Source: Octopus bimaculoides
Taxonomy: Eukaryota
Length of the DNA: 64,000 nucleotides
Direction of reading: 5' to 3'
Assembly: GCF_001194135.2 (NCBI RefSeq)
Contig: NC_068993.1
Coordinates: 40,586,112-40,650,111 of the forward strand
Shown: positions 38,079-50,153 of the stretch, one piece after another
Position numbering within the stretch: position 1 is the stretch's first letter
Layout: each line of letters opens with the position of its first letter
Notes under the pieces: generated by a model
What the model saw: the letters and a program-made list of their open reading frames with translations, nothing else
Told to the model about the DNA's origin: nothing
Database searches by the model: none
Made by a program: the position numbers and the translations under genes

Positions 38079-40279
38079 GTGAAGAATACATTGTAAAATG
38101 GTTGGATATTAAAAGCTGATACCTTACTATGGGTACAATAAAATGGACAATATTTATTCTGTTTATTAATCATTATGTTATATATGCAGTTATCATATTA
38201 AGGCAGGAAACTGGTAGAACCATTACTGTGTCAGTGAAAGTATTGTACTTCTTCTGCTTTTTATGTCCTAAGTTCAGATCCTGCCAAAGATAAATTTGTC
38301 TTTCATCCACTTGGTGGTCAGTAAAATAAGTGCCAGTTGAGCACTTAAATTAACTTACCCCTCCTTTTAAAGTTGCTGGTCCTACTCCGCAGTCAGAAAA
38401 AATTACTATATTTGAAATTGGTAACTTTTGGGCAACATATTTGTTAAAGATTTTCACTATGTACTAAGTGTGAAGGTACACTACTGCAAAGCAGTTGGAT
38501 GTGGTTACTTCAAAAAGTGATTAAATTAAAATTTTCTGTTAAAATTTCAAAGTAATTTAGATTTCCAAAAATCAGCTTAATAATGACAAATTATTTTACT
38601 ACATTCTTCATCATTTTCAAAATTGATTGAAATAAAGGGGGTGTATTTTAATAGAAATCATCATCATTTAACATTCATTGTCCATACTGGCATGAGTTAG
38701 ACTGTGTAACAAAAGCTGGCAAGCCAGGGGGTGGACTGCACCAAACCCCAGTCTGATTTGGCATGGTTTCAATGGCTGGATGACCTTCCTAAAACAAGCC
38801 ACTTGACAGAGTGTGCTGAATGCTATTATGTAGCACCACACAAGGGTGCTTTTACATGGCACTGCACAGGTGCTTTTCCGTGTCACTGCATGACCACTTT
38901 TACATATCTCTGCCTAGGTGCTTGAAGCACAACACAGACACTTTTACGTGGCACCACCATAGCTGCTTTAGACAACCAGAAGGATCGGTCTTATCACTTC
39001 TAGTGCGAGGTATGGGTCTTCTTGTGTATGGGTAGGCCCCAGGAATATGGTAACAAAAGAGTTATACTATATACTACATTGACTTGCTTGCTGGAAAACA
39101 GTATCTTAAACACACTTATCAGTTAATGTGAAATTACCATCATTTTTAATTATACCCTTATTGGCGTCACAAATCATTTATTCATTCATTCATCATTATC
39201 ACTATTTAATGTCTGTTTTCCATGCTGGTATGGGTTGGATGGTTTGGCTGGAGCTGATGTACCAAACTCCAGTGTCTGTTTTGGTATGGTCTCTACAGCT
39301 GAATGCCCTTCCTAATGCCTACCACATTACAGAGGGTTTTTTACATGGCACCAGCACAAGTGAGGTCTCTGATAAGCTTGCAAAACAAAACCCTTCAACT
39401 GAGGGAGTGTATTATTCAGAGAGATAGTCTTAGGCCAAGTGATGAGAGGTTAAGGTATGAAAGTACATCTTAAAAGCCTAATTTAATATCAGTTTTGTTG
39501 TAAGTATTTTCTTTTTTAAAATCCATTTAGCTTTGGTTTTTAGAATGTTAATAGTTTTAGCAAAACTGCAGCTAGAGATACCTATCCATAGTGGAGCAAT
39601 ACATATAAACACATATTGAAATTATATGCCGCATGCCTACACATCTGTACTGTGGAAACATTCTTTTGGCAGCTAAAAGAATGGAGTTGGGGCAAACTTA
39701 TTTTAATAACAACATGAATAATAATGATATCAACAACAACAACAACTACAGCAACATCAATTATAGCAGGTCCCAATTGTTGGGATATTAAATGATATGT
39801 GTAAACAAAGGCAAGCCTACAAGATGAGGCTAATTATGAGTTATTCATACAAAAGGCTGCAGCCCTCCCACCCGCACCTACCACCGTCTCTAATTTAATT
39901 CATTCATGTTTGTTTTTAGCTGATGAGTTTGGTTCTTTAAGGAGTGTGTTAATGCAGCTCTGTCACTACAAGAGTTGGCACTTACATAACACAGACAAAC
40001 AGACTACCTGGACAGAAAGAAAGAGAAAAGAATTAGAAAATCGTCTCTCAGACTTTTGATTATAATGAGTGTTTTGGCATCGTTTCTTCGCTCGTGTCAG
40101 TATTCTTTAGAAATATACTTTTATAGTTTATTCAGTTTTTCTATAATTTATTTTATAATTTTACATTTTTTATGTTATTTTTGATATTAAGTCTCTCTTC
40201 TGTTCCTTCTCTCTTTCTTTCTCACATGTGCTTTTTCATTACCTCTTTTTCCTCATATATTGTTTTTTCGTACATTCTC

Positions 40280-40336
<57 letters not shown>

Positions 40337-40824
40337 CATACATACATACATCTGTGTGTGTGTATGTCTAGATGCAGGCATGGTGGTTGATAAGTTTGCT
40401 TGCAATCACATGCATTTGGGTTCAAACCCACTGCATGGTATCTTGGGCAAGTATCTTGTAGTATTGGTTTCAAATTTTTGCACAATACCTGTAATTTCAT
40501 GGGAGGGAGTAAATTGATTACATCAATCCCACTGCTCAACTGGTACTTATCTTACTGACCCTGGAAGGATGGAAGGCACACTTGACCCCGGTGGAATTTG
40601 AACTCAGAATGTACAGTTGGAAGAACTACAGTGAAACATTTTTGCTGGTGTAGTAACAATTCTGACAGCTCGATGCCTTAAAGTATCTTGTAATATTGCC
40701 TCAGTTTGACCGATGCCTTGTAACTGAGACTTGCTTCATGGAAACTGTACAGAAGGTCTCCATCTATGTACTATGTATATTTTTCTGTCTGCCTGCTTGC
40801 TTCTGTCTGTCTGTCTGTTTCTCT

Positions 40825-40867
<43 letters not shown>

Positions 40868-41129
40868 NNNNNNNNNNNNNNNNNNNNNNNNNNNNNNNNN
40901 NNNNNNNNNNNNNNNNNNNNNNNNNNNNNNNNNNNNNNNNNNNNNNNNNNNNNNNNNNNNNNNNNNNNNNNNNNNNNNNNNNNNNNNNNNNNNNNNNNNN
41001 NNNNNNNNNNNNNNNNNNNNNNNNNNNNNNNNNNNNNNNNNNNNNNNNNNNNNNNNNNNNNNNNNNNNNNNNNNNNNNNNNNNNNNNNNNNNNNNNNNNN
41101 NATGAGAGGAGACAGGATTAGCTGGTGCG

Positions 41130-41460
41130 ACCACGTGAGCGTGTATTATATGTGGGAGAATATACAAATAATAACAACAGACGAGGACAGGTGGTGTAAA
41201 TAACAAAAGTATATATTAGTATGACGCTCGGGAATACGGAAAGTCTTTGACGTTTCGAGCTACGCTCTTCAACAGAAAGAATACGGAGACAAGGAGAGAC
41301 GGTAGGTGAAGGAAAGTAAGGTAAAAAAAGGATGATAAAGGAGGTTCACAAAAGTGGAAAAGTTCAAAAGTTTTTTAGACGTCGTGGTATATTGAAGCGA
41401 TTTCCAATCAGAAGATGGGTCCAGTGTAATCCGTATATATATGGAGGGGGTGGGGAGATG
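41130..41460 (-). mobile_element. Penelope-like element terminal (pLTR) remnant
   Basis: Minus strand has a pyrimidine-rich tract followed by ...ctgttgaagagcgtagctcgaaacgtcaaagac, the TGAAGA...CGAAACGTC signature of PLE termini. CpG-rich relative to the surroundings; abuts a gap. Confidence 0.6.
41244..41280 (-). ncRNA. Candidate minimal type I hammerhead ribozyme motif (variant core)
   Basis: UCUUU-CUGUUGA-A-GAGC-GUA-GCUC-GAAA-CG-UC-AAAGA: 5-bp helix I, 4-bp helix II, palindromic ACGU helix III, GUC triplet. Confidence 0.5.
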
Positions 41461-41751
41461 CAATGGTAGTAGCAGTACTTGACTGGTACTATGTTTATTA
41501 AGAAATGAAAGACAAAGTTGACCCAGGTGAGATTTGAACACAGACTGTAGAGGACTGTGATAAAATACTGCAAAGCACTCTGCCCGGTGCTCTAATGACT
41601 CTGCAAATTTTCCAGCCGACATATCCAATAGGACTAAGATAGCATTAATATTGTTGTTGTATAAAGTAGTTAATTAATTGCTAATGTTATATTTATATTA
41701 TATGAGAGAGTGCTTGAGGCTAGTATATATATATATATATATATATATGTG

Positions 41752-41812
<61 letters not shown>

Positions 41813-41823
41813 ATACGTATATA

Positions 41824-41873
<50 letters not shown>

Positions 41874-42270
41874 NNNNNNNNNNNNNNNNNNNNNNNNNNN
41901 NNNNNNNNNNNNNNNNNNNNNNNNNNNNNNNNNNNNNNNNNNNNNNNNNNNNNNNNNNNNNNNNNNNNNNNNNNNNNNNNNNNNNNNNNNNNNNNNNNNN
42001 NNNNNNNNNNNNNNNNNNNNNNNNNNNNNNNNNNNNNNNNNNNNNNNNNNNNNNNNNNNNNNNNNNNNNNNNNNNNNNNNNNNNNNNNNNNNNNNNNNNN
42101 NNNNNNNNNNNNNNNNNNNNNNNNNNNNNNNNNNNNNNNNNNNNNNNNNNNNNNNNNNNNNNNNNNNNNNNNNNNNNNNNNNNNNNNNNNNNNNNNNNNN
42201 NNNNNNNNNNNNNNNNNNNNNNNNNNNNNNNNNNNNNNNNNNNNNNNNNNNNNNNNNNNNNNNNNNNNNN

Positions 42271-42321
<51 letters not shown>

Positions 42322-42358
42322 CATACATATGTATATATGTGTGTGTGTATATATATAC

Positions 42359-42391
<33 letters not shown>

Positions 42392-43919
42392 TATGTATGT
42401 ATATATATGTATGTGTGTGTGTGTTTGTGCATGTAGATGTGCTGTCATACCTGCAGAGGTTTACAGCTGGAGACCTTTTAACTGGAGGTGCTGTAGTTAC
42501 TGCCCTACCAAGTACAATACAACAAAGATCAATGCTTGATTTTCACAAGGGTGCAATAAAAAATATGAATAACTGACTGGGAATAATAGAGAAAAGGGAC
42601 AAAAACAGACATTAATATATATGTTTATACAGTGTATTGACAAAGTCATCGCTCAACTAGAATGCTATAAATTTTTTTATGTCTTATTCATAATTACAAT
42701 TTTGTTTTCAATCTGTTTATATCTGTTGTTGTTGTTTAGTCCCAGGTCAAAGTTGATTTAGTAACAACTTGTAATGAAAACCTTTTGGTAAATACCAACA
42801 CAATCTGTTTTTTTTTTTCTTCTTCTTCAGGAATATGATGTGTACCTTTGGGAAGGTACATGGTGAGTGTTAAGGCCATCGGTCACATGATTGTAAGCTT
42901 GTGATGTCAAATCCCATCTTAGATGGTGTGCTGCTGTGCACTTGAGCAAGATACCTTCTTTCACTTTGCTCTTGTCAGTCCAGGTGCAAACAAGTTGTGT
43001 CTGCATCTAAAACTGTGGCTCGCAGACTTTTAGTTGACAATGTGGCAAATGGAAGATGCTTGTGGTCATTGAAGCCTGTGGCACATGGAATTATAGTGTA
43101 TTTAGAATGATATTATTAGCATTTAAACCAGCCCCAAATTTTGTACCTGTCTTAAGTTCAACCTGGTCAGAGGTGATGATGAGGATGTAGACTGTGCCTG
43201 CAGTTATATTGTGAACGATGTACTGAGTGGATACTATCATCCATGGCTGGTTGGTTTAAGGAAAGTACTGGCCCCAAGGGGGTACATTTCTGTGAGGCAA
43301 CTCATTCATCTGTTCATAACGCACTACATAAAGATATTATTCATCCACTCTTTCATTAGTATACAGAAAGAATCAAGTTTGTACCCACAATACAACGAAA
43401 GTTATAATAATTTTAAAAGAGTAGGTGCTTACATCTTTTGCACCCTCGAGAATAATGCAGTGGTAGGGGAAACTATTCTAGGAACAAATCAGTATGCTAA
43501 AGGTTAACCTAGAAGTTCCTTCTTTGGCTTGATGTTTATATATTTTGATAAAAGTATTTGACCGACTGGTCAAATACTTTTATCAAAATATATACTTGTA
43601 CTGCCTCTACTCAAGCACTCCTGATTCATTTGACCTTTTTCCTGTCATCCCTTTTATTGTGTTCAATCCTCCCCCTCCCCTAATAAGCCTCACACTAACC
43701 ATTATACTCAGTCCATGCCCCCAAGTATGTTATCTCCCTGGAACCTCTTCCCTGTTCATATTTTTGCTGCAGGTGTTGATTTTGAACAGTTTACATGAAA
43801 TATTAATAGCATTGATCTCACTGGCCTTGAAGGGCCTTCAGAAATCATTCGTCTAACCTCCTCCTCCTCCATACTCATTGTGTATATTGTTTAATTTTTC
43901 AGGTTTACTTCAAGGCACT

Positions 43920-44130
43920 AAGCCAGTCCAGATCGTTAGTATGCCAGGCAAAATGCTTAGCATCATCTTGCTTACCTGTATGTTCTGTGTTCAAATTTTG
44001 CTTAGCCTGACTTTGCTTTTCATCCTTTCAGGGTCAATAAAATAAGTTCCTGTTTTGCAATGGGGCTGATGTAATTGACTCGGTCTCTTCCCCGAAATTA
44101 CTGGCCTTCTGCCTAAATTTGAAATCAATA
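43920..44130 (+). mobile_element. SINE B copy, inverted relative to 44396-44610
   Basis: gatcgttagtatgcc..aaaatgcttagc...ttcatcctttcagggtcaataaaataag. Confidence 0.8.
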
Positions 44131-44231
44131 TTTCAGGTTTACTAAATAAACTACAATCTTTTAACGCTTGGTACTGGCCACTTGCGCCTGTGAAAAACAC
44201 ACTGTGGTTTTGTTTCGCTTCCTTATTTTTC

Positions 44232-44384
44232 TTTGTCAATTGGTTAACCTTTTAAGAAATTTAGCTAATTGATTGTTTGATTAATCAGTCAGACTTTTGC
44301 AAACCTGGCTGATTGATTGCTCAATCAGACGATTAATCAAACAATCGATTAGTTAATTGGTTCAATGGTTAACTAATTGACAAA
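44232..44384. repeat. ~150-bp imperfect palindrome with branched centre
   Basis: 44232-44249 pairs with 44367-44384 (1 mismatch). 44262-44286 pairs with 44331-44355 (2 mismatches in 25). An internal 8-bp hairpin sits at 44309-44328. Confidence 0.9.
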
Positions 44385-44395
44385 TAAATAATCAT

Positions 44396-44610
44396 CTCAA
44401 AATTTTGGTGCAGGGGCAGCTATTTCGGGACAGCTAATAAATTGATTCTGTCAACACCATTGCTCAACTGGTACTTATTTTATCAACTCCAAAAGGATGA
44501 AAGGCAGTCTTGAATTTAGCGGAATTTGAACTCAGAACATTGTCATGGACAAAATGATGCTAACCATTTGACTTGGCATGTTAATGAGTCTGTTATGTCA
44601 GTATCTTAAT
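44396..44610 (-). mobile_element. SINE B copy (minus strand)
   Basis: actggtacttattttatcaac...aaaggatgaaaggc...ggaatttgaactcagaac is the reverse complement of the family B core. Confidence 0.8.
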
Positions 44611-44882
44611 TGGCAAATAAATAATAAAGAAGTGAAATAGAACCAGTGCATGTGTTTATTATTATTGGTATAATGACCCTCCCAAGATGCAGCAAAATAT
44701 GTTTCAACACGCAAGTTCACACCAAGAATCATGCAAACCAAATACAAAAATGACATTGATGTTTTTTTTTACACTTGTGTTGTAAATATAAACAAAATCA
44801 TAAATTTATAAAAGTCGCTCAACCATTTCATTTTTCTTTCATCTCTCTCTCTTTTTTGTTTTTGTTTTCCTTGCTAATACAG

Positions 44883-45083
44883 GCAGCACAGGCCATTGTT
44901 CAGAAATCCAAAAATCCTCGGCTAAAGCCCGCTTCAGATGAGCTGGTCTTTGGCAGGTACTTCACTGACCACATGCTTGAAATTGAATGGACGGCTCAAG
45001 GCGGTTGGGAAAAACCCCAAATCACACCATTTCACAGCCTCTTAATGCATCCCGCAGCTAAGGCACTACACTATGCCGTTGAG
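44883..45083 (+). CDS. BCAT: Internal coding exon of branched-chain amino acid aminotransferase (PLP-dependent class IV), 67 aa, phase 0/0
   Basis: Translates AAQAIVQKSKNPRLKPASDELVFGRYFTDHMLEIEWTAQGGWEKPQITPFHSLLMHPAAKALHYAVE. It carries the BCAT hallmarks LVFG..FTDHM, GWEKP and LHPxxxxLHYAVE. A long pyrimidine tract and ...taatacAG acceptor precede it (AG 44881-44882); GAG|gtaagt donor at 45084. I did not find the next exon (LFEG.KA.RG) before 64000. Confidence 0.96.
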
Positions 45084-45797
45084 GTAAGTGACTATTGTAT
45101 TTATTTACTTATTTTGAATTTGTTTTATTTTTGTTATTTTAATTTTAATTTCGGTGGTAGGGTGAGGGTGATGGTGTTTTCTTTCCAATGAACTGTGTGT
45201 TTATGGTGTATCTGTATCATTTCTAGATAGTTCTTTCCTTTTCACAAAAAAAAAAAAAGATATACTAGGAATTGCGAAATAAATGTGTCTGTAAGGAAGT
45301 GAGTGTGTGTGAGAGAGAGATGGGGTAAGACGAAGGGAGAAGATAGTGTTTATATGTGAAGAATGATTAATTCTAGTGTGTCAAAGAAAACAATTTTTTT
45401 TCTTTTTTCATTTTTTTCTTTCTAAAAGACAAAACAAAAACAGAAAAAAGACCTTGCATTAACAACAGTTTTCTCTTGAAATAAATTGAAACATCATATT
45501 TTCCAGAGAGCGAGAGAAATATTAAATTTTGCATTTGATTTTTGTATACATGTATATACATACATACATACATACATACATTCATACATATTTATATATA
45601 AAAACATACACACGTGTGTGTGTGTATATATATATATATATGTGTGTGTGTATATTGTTTCTTTTTTGTGTATGCGCTTTTGTGTTTTCTACCCCACCTT
45701 GTCATTGTAAATTGTAAATTTAAAGAAAAGAGAAACAAAGAAAAGAGACCATAATAATAATAATAATGATGAGAGTAATAATAATAAAAAAAAATTT

Positions 45798-45838
<41 letters not shown>

Positions 45839-46480
45839 AAGAACAGACCCAATAGAACAGAAGATGAAGAAGAGTGGTGTCAAGGCTGGGTAGGGAGGGG
45901 GCTTTCATGTCTCTTAGTGTTATGCTTCATTCTGTTTGATGTATTTCATGTCCACTATTGCATTTATTGTTGATGTTGTTGTTTTCTGGGGAACTATAAG
46001 GAATCTTGTAGAATTGTAAAAGTTTATCTTCATGTAGGTATACATACATACATGCACATATGTGTGTGTGTGTGTGTTTATGTATGCGCATGTGTGTATG
46101 TGATGTTTATGTTGTTGCTATTGTTGTAATTTTATTCAAATTTATTCTTTTCATGAGGAAGTCTATCATATTTTGTTATTTTTGATTTTTGTTGTTTTTT
46201 TTTGCTTACCCATTTATTTGATGCATCAATGTATGTATGTGTGTGTGTATATATACATATATATATAGTCTGTGTGTATAATATATATACATATATATTA
46301 AATATGTTTATATATATATATATATATATATATATGATATATATTTACATGTCTATATATTTATATATATATACACACACACACATATGTATATATTATA
46401 TACAAATATATTTGTGTGTACGCACATATGATTGTGTTAATGTGGAGGTGTGTATACAGCATACAAATACACGTGTTTGA

Positions 46481-46529
<49 letters not shown>

Positions 46530-47240
46530 ACATACACACAGATGCATGATATCTAAACTTCTTATATTATTGTTGTGATGTTCACTTACAGTATGGAAGA
46601 AGAAGACATGTTTCTCTCGGGGATGTTGTGTTGGTTGTGTATGAATGTGATCAAAGATGTTGGCTCTGTTGATGACACCCTCCTGTCTTCTCTTTTCATC
46701 TATTCATTGTCACAATAAGCTTTTCATCTCTGTCTATATGTCTTCAATGAGTCATGAAATTCATCTTGGAGATTTAATAACTCCATCACCGTCACTATTC
46801 ACTTGAGCACTATTCAAATAATAGAACGTGTCGCTGATTCGTTGGGTTTGAAATCATGCTGTATTTAACTGTGCGGTGTTGGATATGTGGGCTGTAAAGG
46901 CTGCATTGTTGTGATAACTATAAAGAAGAAAAGGCTGAAAAAGGGCAGAGCTGGAAAAAAAAGGGATCAGAAATTGTTTGGGAGTTTTGAGATGATAGAT
47001 TGCTGCGGATTAGAGATTAACAAGCTGTAATGTGACCCTATTTGTGGTACCCACTTGTAGACATTTCACTTTGTTTATAGCTAATGTCATCAAGAAAGGC
47101 ATGACCATCACATAATCTCTGTACTGTGATTTTGTTGTTGTTTTTTTTATTTTTTCTTATCACCTTAATTGTTTGTTGAGTGAGCAGAACTGGTGTGTTG
47201 CCAATGAGAGTGATCAGCTGAAGTACATGAGCACTTGCTT

Positions 47241-48064
47241 TACCCTTTTGATGCAAACCCATCTGAAATTACCCCCGTTTCTATGATACAAACTTTCTGC
47301 TTTAACCCCTTTGATACTTAGCTACTTGAGACTACTCTTGTTCCTATGATATTAAGCATTCTGTTTGAAAGTGATAGAAATTAAAGTCTTCTATAAAAAT
47401 TTCATGTTAACCTTAATCCCAAATGCCGTTTTAATATTGACAAAAGACCTTAGAATAAATAATTTGGAAATCTACAGTTATGTTGTGCTGAAGATTCAAA
47501 AACAGGATGAAAAGATATACATGGTTGCTGTGATAATAATCCTTTCTACTATAAGCACAAGGCCTGAAATTTTGCAGGAGTGGGTAAGTTGATTACAATG
47601 ATCCCCAGTATTCAATTGGTACTTATTTTATTGACCTGAAAGGATGAACGGCAAAGTTGATCTCTGCAGAATTTGAACTCAGAATGCAAAGATGGGTGAA
47701 ATGCTGCTAAGCATTTTGCCCAGTGTGCTAAGAATTCTGCCAGCTTGTCACATTGGCTACTGTAATAATAATGAAGAATGATATTAAAAGAATTATATGC
47801 AGTAAGATGTATACTCTTTTCGCTCTCTGAAAAAAACAAAAAAAATCTAAGGATATACTTAGAAGGAATTATCATGCCCTGAACAGCAACTTTCATTCTG
47901 TCTCTACCACAGTATACACAGCTTGTAATATATCTAAATGTATATTATATTTGTATAATTTTGCTCTTATACCAAATTATTTTCTAAAGGTTTCATGTTT
48001 TTCAAAAGTTATTGCAACAAAGGCAATGTATTTCCTCAGAAATATGGTAACAAAAGTCTTAAAG
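47241..48064. mobile_element. Stacked fragments of TTAA MITE-1 with an intervening SINE B
   Basis: acccttttgatgc (47242) and TTAAcccctttgatac (47302) are left ends. ggcaatgtatttc...gtaacaaaagtcTTAA (~48020-48062) is a right end. Both match 61302-61510. Confidence 0.55.
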
Positions 48065-48886
48065 ACAACTGAAGTCTGTACTATATTTGTTCATAGACAG
48101 TGGAATTTGAACACAGAATACACAAAGACAATAAGATGCCTGCCTGCTTCAATACTCTAATGTTCTGCCCAGCATTATGCCCTTGATTGAGGTTTTATTA
48201 TTGAATTAATATATTTGTATTCAGATTGGAAGGAATGTTTACCTTTGAAGCAGCCGCCGTTTTTGTTTTATGGTGTATATCATAGTTTTGTGATTGAAGT
48301 AGACACCTCTAAATGTGAAGTATTAAATATTATTCTCTTACGCTTGGCTATGTGATTAAGGAGCTTGTGCACCAATCATGCTGTGTTGGATTCAGTCCCA
48401 CAATGTGGCACCTTGAGCAAGTATCTTTTACTATAATCCTTGGCCAACAAAAGCCTCGTGAGTGGATTTAGTAGGTACAAGCTGAAAGAGGCTTATCGTG
48501 TGTATATGTATGTATGCATGCATGTATGTACATATGTATGTATGTATGAATGAATGAGCCTTTATGTTTCTTTTGTATTTGTCACCCATCACCCCACTGC
48601 TTGATAGCAGGTGTTGGTTTTCTCTACATAGCCATAACTTAGCAGTTCAGCAAAATAAACTGATAAAGTAAGTACTTGACTTTAGAAATAAGAACTGGGG
48701 TGATTTGTTTGACAACATCCTTCAAAGCGGAGCCCCAGCTTAGCTCCAATCCAACAACTGAAATAAGATAAATGATAAAAATAGATGTGTAACTATCCAG
48801 AGTGTATATGAGTCTTGGAAAGAATTTAGAAAATTCTCATTGCCAAAGTACATTTTGTCTTCTGTAAAAAATAAGGAGTAAATAGA

Positions 48887-49168
48887 AACAAAAACAATCA
48901 GAGAGCGCAAACCTCTGCCAAGGCAACACCAACATCCTCTCAACGATTAGCCAGAGATGATTTTTAAAATGAGAATATCTGAAATAAACTCGACTGCTCT
49001 CAAAATTGACCCCAAAATCTAATCAGTTTGTGCCAGTCATGTGGTCAAACAACCCTGAAAGTTTCATTCGAATCCATTCAGCGGTTCTTGAGATATCTTG
49101 TCCACAGAGAAACAAACATGCACAACTGAAAACAATATCTTCACCTTTGCAAAGGCAGAGTTAATAAA
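48887..49168 (+). mobile_element. Non-autonomous Helentron/HINE (DINE-1-like) element
   Basis: Subterminal inverted repeat aacctctgcc (48910-48919) / ggcagagtt (49154-49162), 3' palindrome cctttgcaaagg (49144-49155), and a body with aaagtttcattcgaatccattcagcggttcttgagatatc...acagagaaacaaac. Confidence 0.45.
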
Positions 49169-50153
49169 ATGTGCATGTAACTGCATTCAAGTTGTCCAAG
49201 TTGCAGGCCCACTTAATGAGGACAGTTTAGACAATTAGACTTAGCTTAATTAGTGAGCATGTAGAGAATGGTTGAGAGGAATTTTAGTTATTATTTGCTG
49301 TAAGAAATTATTTTCTCCCATACAGCTGTGTGGTAAGAAGCTTGCTTCCCAACCACATACTTTTGGGTTCACCTTGGACAAGTGTTTTCTACTATAGCCT
49401 CAGGCCAACCAAAGCCTTGTTAGTGGATTTTGTAGATGGAGACCGAAAGAAGCTTGTCATATATATATGTTTTTGTGTGTGTATGTATATCTGTGTGTGT
49501 ATATATTGTATGTGTGTATATCTGTGTGTATGTCTTTGAGTCCATGTTTGAGTCCCCCATCTCATTACCACTTGACAACTGCTGCTGGTCTGTTTACATC
49601 CCTGTAACTTAGAAGTTCAGCAAATGTGACCAATGGAATAAGTACTAGGCTTTTAAAAAATATGTCCTAGGGTTGATTTGTTTGGCTAAAACCCTTCAAG
49701 AACGTGCTCTAGCATGTCCCTAGTCAAATGACTGGAACAAGCAGAAGAATGTTTGTTCAAAGTTTATTCTTTTATTGCTATTATTGTTAGTCCTCCCTTC
49801 TCATAAATTTATATATCTATGTATGTGTCTTTGTGTATGTGATTATTCTTCACCACTGCTTGATTGTTAGTGTTGCTTTGTTTACATCTCTGACACTTAA
49901 CAGGTCAGCTAAAAGAGACCAATAAAATAATAGTCTTAAAGAAAAACGTATTGGAGTCAATTTGTGCAACTATATCTGTCAAGGCAGTGCTCCAGCATGG
50001 CCACAGTCGACTGACTGAAAAAAGTAAAAGACAAAAGATTATAAATAAGAAACAAAGCTATTTTATTCCACATGGGTAGAAATATTGAAAGAAGTTGAAA
50101 ATGCACTTGGTGTCTTTTAGATAGTTTATTTTTAAAGGCTTAACTGGTTTCAC

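Noticed and set aside
46592-46720. Possible exon after ttcacttacag (MEEEDMFLSG...)
   Set aside because: No BCAT or other recognisable homology, it runs into a stop, and there is no good donor.
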